Shown here in pieces: positions 46,199-57,303 of a stretch of 64,000 nt of DNA. Source of the stretch: Candidatus Obscuribacterales bacterium (GTDB lineage Bacteria; Cyanobacteriota; Vampirovibrionia; Obscuribacterales; Obscuribacteraceae). The notes beneath the pieces are model-generated. The model did not search any database, was not told the DNA's origin, and was given only the letters and a program-made list of their open reading frames with translations. The stretch lies in contig CBDDIJ010000002.1 of the NCBI GenBank assembly GCA_965228855.1, positions 576,001 through 640,000 on the forward strand, in the 5' to 3' direction. The translations under genes and the position numbers were made by a program. How positions within the stretch are numbered: the stretch's first letter is position 1; every line of letters begins with the position of its first letter.

Positions 46199-46945
46199 AT
46201 GAGTATAGAGTCAGACGGCTGCCTACTACACAGGTTAATGCTCCCGTTCGAGAAAAGTAGAAAACTTTTTGGTGCCGCTTTGGGCGTGGGCTTCTTGATG
46301 TGGCTCAGCGACGGCGCGGTCATACAGCCGGCTCTAACGTACAACTTCAAAGGTTATTATGCGCCGACGGTTCTGATTTCGCCCCTGCGCGAAGATATCG
46401 TCTATTCTCCCGTCGGAGTCGGAAGAATCACATCTGGAGCTGGTTTTCGCAGACATCCCGTCACCGGCAAACACAGTTTTCATAGTGGCGTCGATCTCTC
46501 GGCGAAACTGAACGACAAGGTGTACAACCTCCTCGATGGCGTCGTCACTCGGGTTGGATGGCGTGGAAACCTGGGTGTGGCTGTAGAGGTTTACCATCCA
46601 TATCCAAACATCAAAACTATCAACGGTCACCTGAACGCCTACAGCGTGTTGCCCGGCATGTGGGTGCAACGCGGTCGGGTAATAGGTTACGCCGGATCAA
46701 CAGGTCGTTCCACCGGTGTTCACTTGCACTACACAGTCCTCAAAGCCGATACCGGTGAATACATCGAGCCACTCGACTTTTTGAAACAAGTTCCAGGCTA
46801 TCTGGCGGCGTTGCGCTCTGCTCGTGCTCAACAACAGATGCAATACAACTTGAAAAACATGAAGAAACCCGAGGAAAAACCGGTCGATACGGATGACGAG
46901 GATCTACCGGACGAAGGCGAGAGCGAGAAAGAAAAATCGAAATGA
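46199..46945 (+). CDS. M23 family metallopeptidase
   Basis: HSGVD and GSTGRSTGVHLHY motifs. Confidence 0.9.
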   Translation: MSIESDGCLLHRLMLPFEKSRKLFGAALGVGFLMWLSDGAVIQPALTYNFKGYYAPTVLISPLREDIVYSPVGVGRITSGAGFRRHPVTGKHSFHSGVDLSAKLNDKVYNLLDGVVTRVGWRGNLGVAVEVYHPYPNIKTINGHLNAYSVLPGMWVQRGRVIGYAGSTGRSTGVHLHYTVLKADTGEYIEPLDFLKQVPGYLAALRSARAQQQMQYNLKNMKKPEEKPVDTDDEDLPDEGESEKEKSK

Positions 46946-48990
46946 ACATGGCCCCAGACGTAGCTGTATCAACCTGGAAAAAGGGCAAACAACTTTTTCT
47001 TGATGGAAATTGGCGGGAAGCAGAAGAGGCTCTCACAGCCGCTCTTGATGGCGTCCGAAAGGACGGCGACGACGAGGTTGTGGAACGCTCGGTAGTCGAC
47101 CTCGAATACATTCCGTTGATGCTCGAGCTGGCGGAACTTCTCATTTTGAAAGAACGCAAGCAGGACAGTCGCACTCTGCTTCAAGAGATCATAAACATAA
47201 TCGAGGACCTCTATCCCGACGAGGAGGGGCTACTTCTGGACGCCTACCTGGCCTACATTGATGCGCTCTCCATGTGCGATGACTTCGCAGAAGCGGAGCC
47301 CTACATCGATCAGGCGGTAGAACTCGCGGAAGAGAAAACAGAGCACATTGCCGATGGAAAACTGATCCAGGCGCTGACCACGAAAGCAGCCAGCTATCTT
47401 GCCCAGGAACAATTCGAAGAATCCGGACCTGTAATTGATTCCTGCCTCGAACTATGCACCAACCACGGTATCACCAAAGGTGATGCTGTTTGTTCCGCAC
47501 TATTGTTCAAGGGACTTCTGCTGCACCTCGGCGGCGCAGTAGATCAATCAGAAGAAACTTTTTTAGAAGCGCTGGAAACTGTGCGCGACGAGATTCATTC
47601 GCGCTCATTCCAAGATGTCTGTTTCGGCTATACAACTCTTCTCATCTCGCAGAGCCGATTTAGCGATGCGATTGCGTTTCTCGACAAAGAAATTTCCTTG
47701 CGCGAAAAGCAAACTTCACCAGAGCATCCATTTTTAAAGCGCGCGATTGCATCACTGGCAATTGCGAACGCGGCTTATGGCGACCTTGAAGAAGCGGAGG
47801 CACACGCCCAGAGATATCATCGCCTTGTCGAGATGATGGGCAACGCCGGAGCGGAGTTGCGCATCGATTGCTTGCGAACTCTAGTCGATATTCTCGTCGA
47901 ACAATCTCGATACGCCGATGCCGAAGTGCTTCTCAACCGAGCGAATGACATACTCGAAAACCTGCAAGATAACTATGTCAAAGCAACTTTGATTTCGGAT
48001 GTTGCTCGCTTGAAAGTCGAACTCGGACAGTACGATGAAGCAGAGCGCCTCTGCACAAGGGCACTGGCGATGACGACGGAAATCAAAGGTGAAGAGCACA
48101 TCGAAACAGCTATGTGTTTGTCGATCCTCGGCAGCGCGTATTTCTCGAATCGAAAAATCAATGAGGCGGAGGCTACATACCGCAGAGCCATCGAACTTAT
48201 AGAAAAACATCATCACTTCTTCACGTCATTCGTCGGCGCGGAAAACTATCGCAACCTCGGAATTATCTTGACGCAGCAAAAGAAATTCGAGGAAGCCGAA
48301 GAGATGTTTCTCAAGATCCTCGCTCACCATGAGAAGAATAACGGTCAACTTCAGGTTCAAATGGCCGAAACCCATCGCAATCTGGGCGAATTGTTTGAAG
48401 CTCAAAACAAAAATCACGAGGCGCTGGGGCAGTACGAAATCGCGCTCGCCATTGCTAAAAACATCTACGGACCAGACAATGCGGAGGTTTCAGATTACGT
48501 CTGTTTCCTCGCGGATATCCACAGAAAAGATTCGCGATTTACAGAAGCGGAAGAGTTGTACAAACATGCACTGAAGCTTCTTGAGAATACGCTCGGGCCG
48601 CAGCATCCCAAGACATGCACTCTGCTGCAGCGCTTCGGGGAGATGGCGATCGAAAAGAAAGAATACATCGTCGCCGAAGAGTATTTCATGTCGGCGCTGC
48701 AACGCCTGGAGCAAACGCTCGGGACAATGCACCCTGAAATCGGCTACACGTGCTACTGCCTCGGCGCCGCGTTCCACTGGCAAGAGAAACTGCCGAAAGC
48801 CGAGGAATTCTACAAGCGCGCGCTTGCGATTAAAGAGAAGCAGCTCGGACGGAAACACCAGGATCTCGCCAACATAATCGAGCCTCTCATCGATATCCTC
48901 GCCCATCAGAAAAAGTATCCAGAGGTCGAGGGACTGCAACGGCGCATGCTGGAAATCAAAAGCTACGACGAGCAGAAGCAGTCATCATGA
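46942..48990 (+). CDS. TPR repeat protein
   Basis: Many 42-aa TPRs (AEELYKHAL..LGPQHP). Confidence 0.85.
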   Translation: MNMAPDVAVSTWKKGKQLFLDGNWREAEEALTAALDGVRKDGDDEVVERSVVDLEYIPLMLELAELLILKERKQDSRTLLQEIINIIEDLYPDEEGLLLDAYLAYIDALSMCDDFAEAEPYIDQAVELAEEKTEHIADGKLIQALTTKAASYLAQEQFEESGPVIDSCLELCTNHGITKGDAVCSALLFKGLLLHLGGAVDQSEETFLEALETVRDEIHSRSFQDVCFGYTTLLISQSRFSDAIAFLDKEISLREKQTSPEHPFLKRAIASLAIANAAYGDLEEAEAHAQRYHRLVEMMGNAGAELRIDCLRTLVDILVEQSRYADAEVLLNRANDILENLQDNYVKATLISDVARLKVELGQYDEAERLCTRALAMTTEIKGEEHIETAMCLSILGSAYFSNRKINEAEATYRRAIELIEKHHHFFTSFVGAENYRNLGIILTQQKKFEEAEEMFLKILAHHEKNNGQLQVQMAETHRNLGELFEAQNKNHEALGQYEIALAIAKNIYGPDNAEVSDYVCFLADIHRKDSRFTEAEELYKHALKLLENTLGPQHPKTCTLLQRFGEMAIEKKEYIVAEEYFMSALQRLEQTLGTMHPEIGYTCYCLGAAFHWQEKLPKAEEFYKRALAIKEKQLGRKHQDLANIIEPLIDILAHQKKYPEVEGLQRRMLEIKSYDEQKQSS

Positions 48991-49026
48991 TACATTCCGC
49001 CAGTTTCAAGTTCATCAGGAAACCTT

Positions 49027-52000
49027 CTATCTAGACGACCACATCATCTCAACTGGCGATGAACTGTTTACCCGCGAAAAGTATGCTGGAGCAACGGTCG
49101 CAGGAGGGTCGGCAATAATGGTCACGCCACCGTCAAGCTGAATTGCTGACGCTGCGAGCTTTCCTGTACTGAACACTAACTGAGTGTTGATCGCACTCAG
49201 AGAATTATTAGGAGCAAGGGCAGTAATTCCATTGTTAAAGAAGACTGTACCAGGCGTGGTGACCGTTACATTCGTGGGTGTTGACCCTGCGGAAGATGTC
49301 GCCGGTAATTCGCCAATAAATATGTCGATCTCGCCTCCGCCAGGCGCATCCATACTCAAAATGTTCGCGCTACTTCCGATCTCAATTTTGGTGCTTTTAG
49401 ATTTACCGGCGTTACTGAGCGAGATACCGCCAGCACTTGTTTCGACGGTCGCACCGGATTCAACCCGAAGCAGCCCGCCACCTGCCCTGATCGAAATCTG
49501 AGCCGCAGACAGATTGTTGATAAATAAACTTCCGGCGCTGGTTAGGCTAAAAGAGCCAGAAGCTGTTGAATCAAGCAATTCCACAGTCTTACTCAATTCG
49601 GAAATATTGACGGTGCCCCCAGGGCTGCCTGCGTTGTTCACGGTTAATGCGCCAGAGTTCAGACTCAATGGAGTTGATGCACTGCCAATGTTTCCGGAAT
49701 CACTGTAAAGCTCAATGCTGTTAGCCGTGAGGCGGACTTTGCTCGAAGACTGGGTAATATCGCCTGAACCAAAGACATCCAGAACAATCGATTGCGCCTT
49801 GTTGCTTCCAATAGATGCATTCAGCTCAATACCGCCATTGTTTGCGATGGTACTGAGCGCGATTGCCGACGCCGAATTCAACTTCTCGTCTACAAATATC
49901 GAACCGTCCGATGCAAGACTGACATCGCCTCTGCTTTTAACACTGAGAAGATGAGTTTCAACACCGTTGAAATTCCTCAGACTCACGCTGCCTTTGCCCT
50001 TCGACGAGATATTGGTGGTGGTCAAACGTAACGGGTTAGCGCTGGAACCTACATCACCATCTTTGCTGTCCAGATCAACCTGAAACGCTTGAATTGAGTC
50101 GAGACCCGCACTAGCGTTCGAAATCGAGCCTCCTTTGGTGTTAAGCGAAACAACACCACTGCTTAAGTCCGTTGAAATGACATCGCCAACAACAATGTTG
50201 GATGCCTTTCCTTCCGAAGTAAGTTCAACCGATGTAGCGCCCGTGATTGCCCCCACGGTGGCGATGTTGCCGTCCGAGGAAAACTTGAATGCACCACTTT
50301 GGCTCGCCGAAACGCCCAGCGAAACGGTATCTCCGGATGAATTTCGAATGTTCACAGAGGCACCGGTTGCGGACAGGCTCGCTGTTGAAACTGACAGAGC
50401 TTTGTTCGTCCCGATATTGCCGCCAGCGGTCTGAAGCGTAATCATGTCCGCTTCAATGGGTTTGCGCGATACTATATCGCCAGCTGTAAAACTTCGAAGA
50501 GAGATTTGACTCGTTGCCGAATCACCGAGGTTCTTGGTGATGTTGATCTGTCCTCGACTTCTGTAGTCGACGCTATCCACATCTACTAAATCAACGTATT
50601 GGGAAATTGGCCCATTGCTTTCGATGAAAACTGAGCCATTGGTCGAGCCTTTGACACTGATACTGCCCGTAATACCATTTTGCGTACCACTCTTACCGAT
50701 CTGAAATTCCTTATTGTTCATAAAGCCAACAGCACCACTAGACAGAAGCACATTGCCACCAATACCACTGCCCACTCCGTCTGCGACAAGATCGCCAATA
50801 ACTCTAAAACTATTTATCATTCCAGCAACAATAGAGATGCTCGCTCCGTCGCCGTTGGCACCAGTCGGATTAGCATGAATGGCGTCCGTAAAGGCGGTCA
50901 GGTTGAAACTATTCGATAGATAAATGGTTCCTCCATTGCCCTGAACGTTACCGCCCTCGGCAAAAAGCTCAAATTGTCCGGAATCGGTTCCGATGGTAAG
51001 CGGGAAAACCTGGGACCGCAAGTTTATGGAACCACCATTCCCTATTCCTACGCCAGAAGCCTGAAGTACGACATGGCTCATGTTTTCTGTTGCGAGACCG
51101 GCCGCTTGAAAGTCGATGCTACCGCCATTGCCGTTCAACCCGAGAGGCGATACATTAACGGCGCTTCCGTCGACAAGAAGAGTGCCGATATTTCGGAGAG
51201 TTGCGGTGCCACCATTGCCACCACTACTTCCACTGGTAGCCTCCAAGGATATTTGTCCTGCTCCAAAGCCCAAGGTGACATCATCAGTCACCTCCGGAAA
51301 GATTGTTAGCGTATGGTAGTCTACAACGCCACCATCTCCTACACCGCTCCCGTTTGCTCGCAAAATCAGTGGGCTGACATCGGAGTTCGACCACTCCAGG
51401 CGCTGCCTCGCAGCTAGGTGAATTTCACCTCCGTTTCCACTGCTGCCGCCCCCGCTTACGTCAAAAGTTCCGCCAGGCAGGGTAAGAACAGTGCCGCTTG
51501 TTAGTGAAATCCTTGCGCCATCCCCATCAGTAACATCATAAATTAAACCGTTAGGACTAACTGCAACGCTTCCTACGAGAAAGGATCCCCCAGAGGCAAC
51601 GTTACTGACAAATATTTCGCCCGCATCTCCACTTACAGAGCCTCCACTAACATTTATTGACAGCACACTATTGCTAGTAGCGGTCCCGACAGAAAACTCA
51701 GAGAACGCACTGAGGTCCAACTTCACTAAACCGGCGCTCGAATTACTCGAGCCACCTGTCGCATCTAAATTTCCTAATACCGCAGTTGCAGATACGACAT
51801 TTATTGCGCCACCCAGCGAGCGCAGGTCGCCAGTTTGAACGGTCGCGACCACGTTGCCTAGAGTCGTCCCTTCTAAAGAATTGCCGGACGAAATAGATCC
51901 GTTCGTCGCAAACACCAGGGAACCGCCATCTGAAATGACAGGCTGTGATGCGATTACATCGATGTCGTTCGCTCCAGCAGTTCCGCCGTGACTGACGGAG

Positions 52001-53781
52001 CCCACCACGATCGAATTTCGGGCGACAATGGTGACATCGCCAAAAGAGCCTGTCCCGCTACCGCTAGCATCAATATTACTGCTGGCAGGCAAAAGCACAT
52101 TTCCACCACCCGTCCCACTGAAAGCCGCAATAGTTATGTTTCCTCCGGCATTGTCGGAACTCGTAGAATTGCTGCTGATTAGCAGATTACTGTCTGCGGC
52201 GCTGAAGTCTACATTGCCTCCCGTGGTGCTCGCACCGGTCAGGGAAACATCACCCGTTGCGGCAGTTCCAGGAATTGAGTTAGTTGTATCTGTATTCAGT
52301 CCGGTGACATTGGCACCGGCAACTATATTGATATCATAGCCTTGCGCACCACTGGTGGTGATGGACGAGACAGCATTTGTTGCACTGATGTTTCCACTCG
52401 CGATAATCGCCAGTGCCTCTCCGACGGAAATATTTCCGCTAATGATGATGTCACCGGAATCGTTATAATATGTAGGATCCCCGCAAAGGTTCTGATTCCC
52501 GAGTACGAGTGTGTCAGTGCTCGCCTTAACGTGAACAGCCGCTCCGTCTGAAACGACGCTGCCGGTCAGGTTGTTCACATCCATGTTTAAAGTGCCAGAT
52601 CCGGCTCTCAGAAAGACGTTGCGCGAAAAGAAGTCACCGCCGTCGACTCTTACCGTGCCCGGACCTATTCCGGTTCCGTCTAATATGATATCGCCGTTGG
52701 AAGCACGTACAGTTCCACCTGCATTATCAAACCGAGCATCACCAACCGAATCCTGACTGAAAGTGGTGATGACGTTACCGCGGTCAGACCGTATCAGACC
52801 GTTGTTTTGAACCGCGCTGGCTTCGAGCAGCAAGTCCTCTCCTGCCGAAATCACCCCGCCTGAACCGCTGTTCGAAATGCTTCTGGGAGAAGCAAGCCTG
52901 AGAGAACTCGAAGATGATATCGTCCCCTCATTTAAGAGCTCACCCTGCGCAATCAACGTCAGACCGCTTGAGCGCTCCCGATTGCCCACAGCGAGTATCG
53001 AAGCCCCGGCATGATTCGTGATATCGTCCGCTCCGATTTGGGAAAGAGAACGTTTCCCCAACAGCGTTTCAGAAATCGTACCGTAGTTATTTAGATCACC
53101 GGTGATTTGAATCTGCGTGTGCGCGGTTATCTTATCCTGCGCAACTACGTTAGATGGAATCGTCACATCGCCAATTTTGATTCCTCCATCACTGGTCAAG
53201 GTTTTCAACGAGAACGAACCACCGACAGCGCGTCCTGACGCATCGATTTCAATAGATTGTCGACCACTGCGTTCCTGTTGAATTGCAATGAATTGAGCGG
53301 CGGTTACACTATCACCGGCAGAAAAGGTCTTTGCCTGCCCGCCACTCTCTATTGTTATAGTGCGCCCGTTTCGGAATAAAGCTGTCGGGAGCGTGACGTT
53401 CTGGTCTGCAGATGAGAGATCGAGGTTTAGAACATAATCTGACAAGCTTGCTGCTTGTTGCGACAAAAGGACATGGCCGATTTGGGTCGATAGTCTCTGC
53501 TCAAGCCGATCCGAAAGTCGTTGAACGTGCCGGGCATTTCGTTCGTTAAGTCCAACGCGGGGCAGTGAATTCAAGGTTTGAGTCGTGGGAATTGGCAAAA
53601 CACTAGCTTCGCGAGCTTGACTCTTGAACAGCAAGCGTGCTTGATGCCTTGCTATCTCTGGATTGTTCTGACGAAACTCCCTGAACTCCGAACGAGCCTC
53701 CGCTCTGGTTCCGCAGCTCATCACGACAAGCCCGGCTGCAATCGAAAACAGAGTAGCCGAACTCTTGGTTAATAGTTTCAT
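49027..53781 (-). CDS. large secreted G/S/N-rich beta-helical (filamentous-haemagglutinin-like) protein
   Basis: Signal-like N-terminus and repeated GNGGxIxL motifs; ~1580 aa. Confidence 0.75.
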   Translation of the reverse strand: MKLLTKSSATLFSIAAGLVVMSCGTRAEARSEFREFRQNNPEIARHQARLLFKSQAREASVLPIPTTQTLNSLPRVGLNERNARHVQRLSDRLEQRLSTQIGHVLLSQQAASLSDYVLNLDLSSADQNVTLPTALFRNGRTITIESGGQAKTFSAGDSVTAAQFIAIQQERSGRQSIEIDASGRAVGGSFSLKTLTSDGGIKIGDVTIPSNVVAQDKITAHTQIQITGDLNNYGTISETLLGKRSLSQIGADDITNHAGASILAVGNRERSSGLTLIAQGELLNEGTISSSSSLRLASPRSISNSGSGGVISAGEDLLLEASAVQNNGLIRSDRGNVITTFSQDSVGDARFDNAGGTVRASNGDIILDGTGIGPGTVRVDGGDFFSRNVFLRAGSGTLNMDVNNLTGSVVSDGAAVHVKASTDTLVLGNQNLCGDPTYYNDSGDIIISGNISVGEALAIIASGNISATNAVSSITTSGAQGYDINIVAGANVTGLNTDTTNSIPGTAATGDVSLTGASTTGGNVDFSAADSNLLISSNSTSSDNAGGNITIAAFSGTGGGNVLLPASSNIDASGSGTGSFGDVTIVARNSIVVGSVSHGGTAGANDIDVIASQPVISDGGSLVFATNGSISSGNSLEGTTLGNVVATVQTGDLRSLGGAINVVSATAVLGNLDATGGSSNSSAGLVKLDLSAFSEFSVGTATSNSVLSINVSGGSVSGDAGEIFVSNVASGGSFLVGSVAVSPNGLIYDVTDGDGARISLTSGTVLTLPGGTFDVSGGGSSGNGGEIHLAARQRLEWSNSDVSPLILRANGSGVGDGGVVDYHTLTIFPEVTDDVTLGFGAGQISLEATSGSSGGNGGTATLRNIGTLLVDGSAVNVSPLGLNGNGGSIDFQAAGLATENMSHVVLQASGVGIGNGGSINLRSQVFPLTIGTDSGQFELFAEGGNVQGNGGTIYLSNSFNLTAFTDAIHANPTGANGDGASISIVAGMINSFRVIGDLVADGVGSGIGGNVLLSSGAVGFMNNKEFQIGKSGTQNGITGSISVKGSTNGSVFIESNGPISQYVDLVDVDSVDYRSRGQINITKNLGDSATSQISLRSFTAGDIVSRKPIEADMITLQTAGGNIGTNKALSVSTASLSATGASVNIRNSSGDTVSLGVSASQSGAFKFSSDGNIATVGAITGATSVELTSEGKASNIVVGDVISTDLSSGVVSLNTKGGSISNASAGLDSIQAFQVDLDSKDGDVGSSANPLRLTTTNISSKGKGSVSLRNFNGVETHLLSVKSRGDVSLASDGSIFVDEKLNSASAIALSTIANNGGIELNASIGSNKAQSIVLDVFGSGDITQSSSKVRLTANSIELYSDSGNIGSASTPLSLNSGALTVNNAGSPGGTVNISELSKTVELLDSTASGSFSLTSAGSLFINNLSAAQISIRAGGGLLRVESGATVETSAGGISLSNAGKSKSTKIEIGSSANILSMDAPGGGEIDIFIGELPATSSAGSTPTNVTVTTPGTVFFNNGITALAPNNSLSAINTQLVFSTGKLAASAIQLDGGVTIIADPPATVAPAYFSRVNSSSPVEMMWSSR

Positions 53782-53929
53782 TCTGAAGCTCCAACGCACA
53801 GTCAATAGGCGAGCAATTTTATCGCCCGAACGAAAACAGTGTCAATTGTGACATCTGGCGCACAGAACAATTTGAAGGCCTGTAGCGAGACCGAGTTTGC
53901 CACCACAGCTTCCGCTGCCGTTGCAGACT

Positions 53930-55483
53930 CTAATTGATCAAGTACAGATTGCCGTCCTGACTGCCGACACATATGCCATTGTTAGAAACTGCCGGACTGC
54001 TGATAACGGGTCGCTGAGTTTTGAACTTCCATTTAACAGCGCCGTTGCGCAAGTCGATCGCATAGACGTTTGTATCCGGGCTACCGCAATAGATCATCGA
54101 GCCGGCGACAGCAGGTGTTGACGATAGCAGTGGAACCGGCGAGTAGATCTGGGTCTTCCAGAGCATTTTGCCGGAGTCGGCGCTGAGGCAGTACATCATC
54201 TTATCGTCGTTGCCCGCAAAGATTCTGTCTTTGAAGCCCGACGGCGCAATCGAGAACGACTCGGGAGCGAGGAACTTCCATTTGAGTCCACCGGTCGCCA
54301 GGTCAACTGCATAAAGATTGTGATCCCAACTTCCGAAATAGACCAGTCCGTTCAGAATCATCGGAGACCCGAGAATTTTCCCGTTGGTTTTGAACTTCCA
54401 TAGCTGCGAGCCGTTTTTCATCGACAGAGCGTGAACCGTTCCCAGGTGCGAAGCCACCACGACCACTCCGGGTGAGATGGCTGGACTTCCAGTCATACGT
54501 CCTATGCCTTTGATGAAATTGTCTCCCGCAGGCAATGCGGCCGCCGGCGTGCTGGTAGAGGGAGGAGTTGTTGCTGTTTCTCCCGCGGCACCTTCACCCG
54601 ACGCTTCGTCTTTCGGAAAAGTCCAGACCTTTGCGCCTGTTTGAACATTTAGCGCGTAAACATGACCGTCCCAACCACCGATGTATGCGATGTCGTCGAT
54701 GATTGTCGGGGAGGCGGAGACGCGATCGGCAGTCGCGACCGACCATTTAACCGCTCCGGTCTTAGCGTCTATTCCATATATTTTGAAATCTTCGCAACCG
54801 ACCACGATCATTTGATCGGTGACGGCAGGGGACGACTTCACCTTGCCGCCCAGTTCGGCTTTCCACAGCATTCTTCCGGTGCGCTCGTCGACCGCGTATA
54901 AACAGAAGTCGTCGCTTCCGACATAGACTACTCCTTTATGTATGGCTGGTGATGAGTCGATCGGACCCTCAGCTGGGAAAGTCCAACGCAACTTTCCAGT
55001 CGGATAGAAGTCCGGTCCGACATTAAAGTGGCTGGTATGACCGGGGTTTTGCAAAAACATCTTCCAACTGCCGGCGTAATTGGACATCATATTCGCGGAA
55101 CCCTGCAAGAGCTTATCCTTACTAGGAGCTGCTGGAGCATTTTCATCCGAGTGCTGAACATTCTGAACAGCAGAGCCTGTTAACGAAGTTGCTGCCGGCG
55201 CACCCGCATGGCCAGACGCTCCAGTCGAAGCAGTGCCGGATCCGGTTGGCGATTTGGTAGTTGAAACAGCAGCCGATCCAGACGCCGATTTGGCAGCGCC
55301 GGATGTTGTTGAAACAGCGGCAGCTGCCGGTTTCGCTTTCACATTCCCGGGCTTAGGGGCAGAAACTTTTGAAGCTGACCCACCCGCAGTGGAAGTCTGA
55401 GCAATTGCTGAAACGCCCCACAGACCGACCGTTATCGCAACTGTGAATGCTGCTGAAACCGTTGTTTTCTTTTGCATCTTCAT
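53930..55483 (-). CDS. secreted PQQ-repeat beta-propeller protein (BamB-like repeats)
   Basis: Signal peptide, low-complexity linker and repeated SSPAV..VYVGS.D..LYA.D..TG...W. Confidence 0.85.
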   Translation of the reverse strand: MKMQKKTTVSAAFTVAITVGLWGVSAIAQTSTAGGSASKVSAPKPGNVKAKPAAAAVSTTSGAAKSASGSAAVSTTKSPTGSGTASTGASGHAGAPAATSLTGSAVQNVQHSDENAPAAPSKDKLLQGSANMMSNYAGSWKMFLQNPGHTSHFNVGPDFYPTGKLRWTFPAEGPIDSSPAIHKGVVYVGSDDFCLYAVDERTGRMLWKAELGGKVKSSPAVTDQMIVVGCEDFKIYGIDAKTGAVKWSVATADRVSASPTIIDDIAYIGGWDGHVYALNVQTGAKVWTFPKDEASGEGAAGETATTPPSTSTPAAALPAGDNFIKGIGRMTGSPAISPGVVVVASHLGTVHALSMKNGSQLWKFKTNGKILGSPMILNGLVYFGSWDHNLYAVDLATGGLKWKFLAPESFSIAPSGFKDRIFAGNDDKMMYCLSADSGKMLWKTQIYSPVPLLSSTPAVAGSMIYCGSPDTNVYAIDLRNGAVKWKFKTQRPVISSPAVSNNGICVGSQDGNLYLIN

Positions 55484-56001
55484 GACAAGATCTCGCTCTA
55501 TCTTTCCCGCAACTACCGCTACCAATCGCAAGTAAGGTGATTATAGATGTATCCGTCATTTAATGTCGTTCTATTCGCGTTGATGAAAAGCTAATTTCAT
55601 CGATTCGTTTATTCCAGTTCCAAAAATCGACCGGTCGGAACCAAGAAATCATCAACGTTTTGAACGCTGCAAATCGGCTACCACAATCGGTTGTGCGATA
55701 AACGTCCCACACAGACAGCACTGCATATACCTTAGACTCGCGCAATATATCGCAAAAATAGACACGGAGTCATTCTTCGATTACGCACAAGCAGGCGACG
55801 CCGCAAAACCCGGAACAATAGGTGGATTGAGCTTGTCGGGGATTTTGCGTTTCCCTACAACGTCCTTAGCATCAAAGTTTCCGACGCAGAGCAAAAAAGT
55901 TTTTTTCTGAATTGCAGTCAGAATCTATTGTTTATTCAAAAGTGGGGTGATATCATCCCAGCTTGTGAGTTGGAATGAGTATTTCCATAGGAGGAAATCG
56001 C

Positions 56002-56412
56002 ATGAACCGAGCTGAGCTCGTCGAGCAAGTAGCAAAGGCTACAGGTAGTCCGAAGTCGGAAGTAACCCGTACTCTTTCGGCTATGCTCCACTCTATTACA
56101 GGCGCCCTGTCTAAAGGCGATAAAGTGACTCTCGTTGGCTTCGGCACATTCGAGCGTCGCATGCGTAAGGCTCGCACCGGACGCAACCCGAGAACCCTTG
56201 CTCCTTTGAAAATTGCTGCAGCAAGAGTTCCCGCTTTCCGCGCTGGAAAAGAACTCAAGGACATCGTGAACGGCCGTTCTAAACAGCCCGTTCTCAAATT
56301 GGCTAAAGCTAAAGCTGCTAAACCAGCTCCTAAAGCCAAAGCTGCTAAGCCAGCCAAAAAAGCTGCTAAGCCCGCTAAAAAAGCTGTCAAAAAAGGCGGC
56401 AAGAAAAGATAA
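56002..56412 (+). CDS. hup: HU family DNA-binding protein with K/A-rich tail
   Basis: MNRAELV..GDKVTLVGFGTFE..GRNPRT..VPAFRAGK plus PAKK repeats; AGGAGG Shine-Dalgarno. Confidence 0.95.
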   Translation: MNRAELVEQVAKATGSPKSEVTRTLSAMLHSITGALSKGDKVTLVGFGTFERRMRKARTGRNPRTLAPLKIAAARVPAFRAGKELKDIVNGRSKQPVLKLAKAKAAKPAPKAKAAKPAKKAAKPAKKAVKKGGKKR

Positions 56413-56503
56413 TCGATGAAAGTCGCAGTTCTACTCGGACTGCGACTTTTCTCAAATGACCGTTTGTGGATTAGGTAAGGCAAAAGTCATTCCAACTCAA
56501 TTT

Positions 56504-56536
56504 AAGAGGGCTCTACTCAGAGCCCTCTTTTCTTTT
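56504..56536 (+). terminator. intrinsic terminator after hup
   Basis: aagagggctct-actc-agagccctctt followed by ttctttt. Confidence 0.8.
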
Positions 56537-57303
56537 GGAATTAAACGTTGCGAGCAATCGCAGATGCTAGAACAGGGCGCGGCAGATGAGTTGACGAAGC
56601 GCCATCTTACAACAGAATAGAACACAACACCGTCTATGTCCTCGAACAATTTAGACTTTCGAGGCAAGCCGACACCACAGGCGACACCAGAAGCAGCGAT
56701 CTCAAACACAAAATGTGAACACAAACGCCACTGCATATGGTGCCCCGAAAACAATTAAATCCCGTACACCTGACTCCAGATGCGGTGGCAGTCTTTCGCT
56801 CAATTTTTTGCTGCATGCAAAGCAACTCCACCTCCCCTTTGGCTCGAGACTTGATGCCAGAAGTGGTGGCACAGCTGCGCGATGGATTTCGCGCCACTCT
56901 CTTGACATTTATCCCGCGAGGCGGGTTTCGACCCGGGTAGCAAAGCGTCGCTAGCCTATATTTACTTCAGAGATCAAAAACCAAAAGAACACTTCTGGTT
57001 CCCCGAGGCTGTAAAGCACCACCTAGCCTCTTTCTATATATCTAGCGTAGGCCTGAGATGCTTAAGTTAACCCTTGTCATGATGATCTCTATCTAATAGT
57101 CACTTGAGTGTAGATGCCCGCGTAGTCATAACATGGAGTTCTAAAGAGTTTATTTTCCTGTTTCACGCGATTCCCAACAACAACTGCTCACCGACTACGC
57201 CAACGTTTTGAACCTTCATCGCGGAAGGGGGTTGGATGACGTACGGAAAGGCAACGCGTCCGGAAACAACCGGTCGGCGTCTAACTGAAATTGGAGTTCC
57301 GCA

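Noticed and set aside
56634..56954. Several overlapping short ORFs between hup and mgtC
   Set aside because: No motif or RBS support for choosing any of them.
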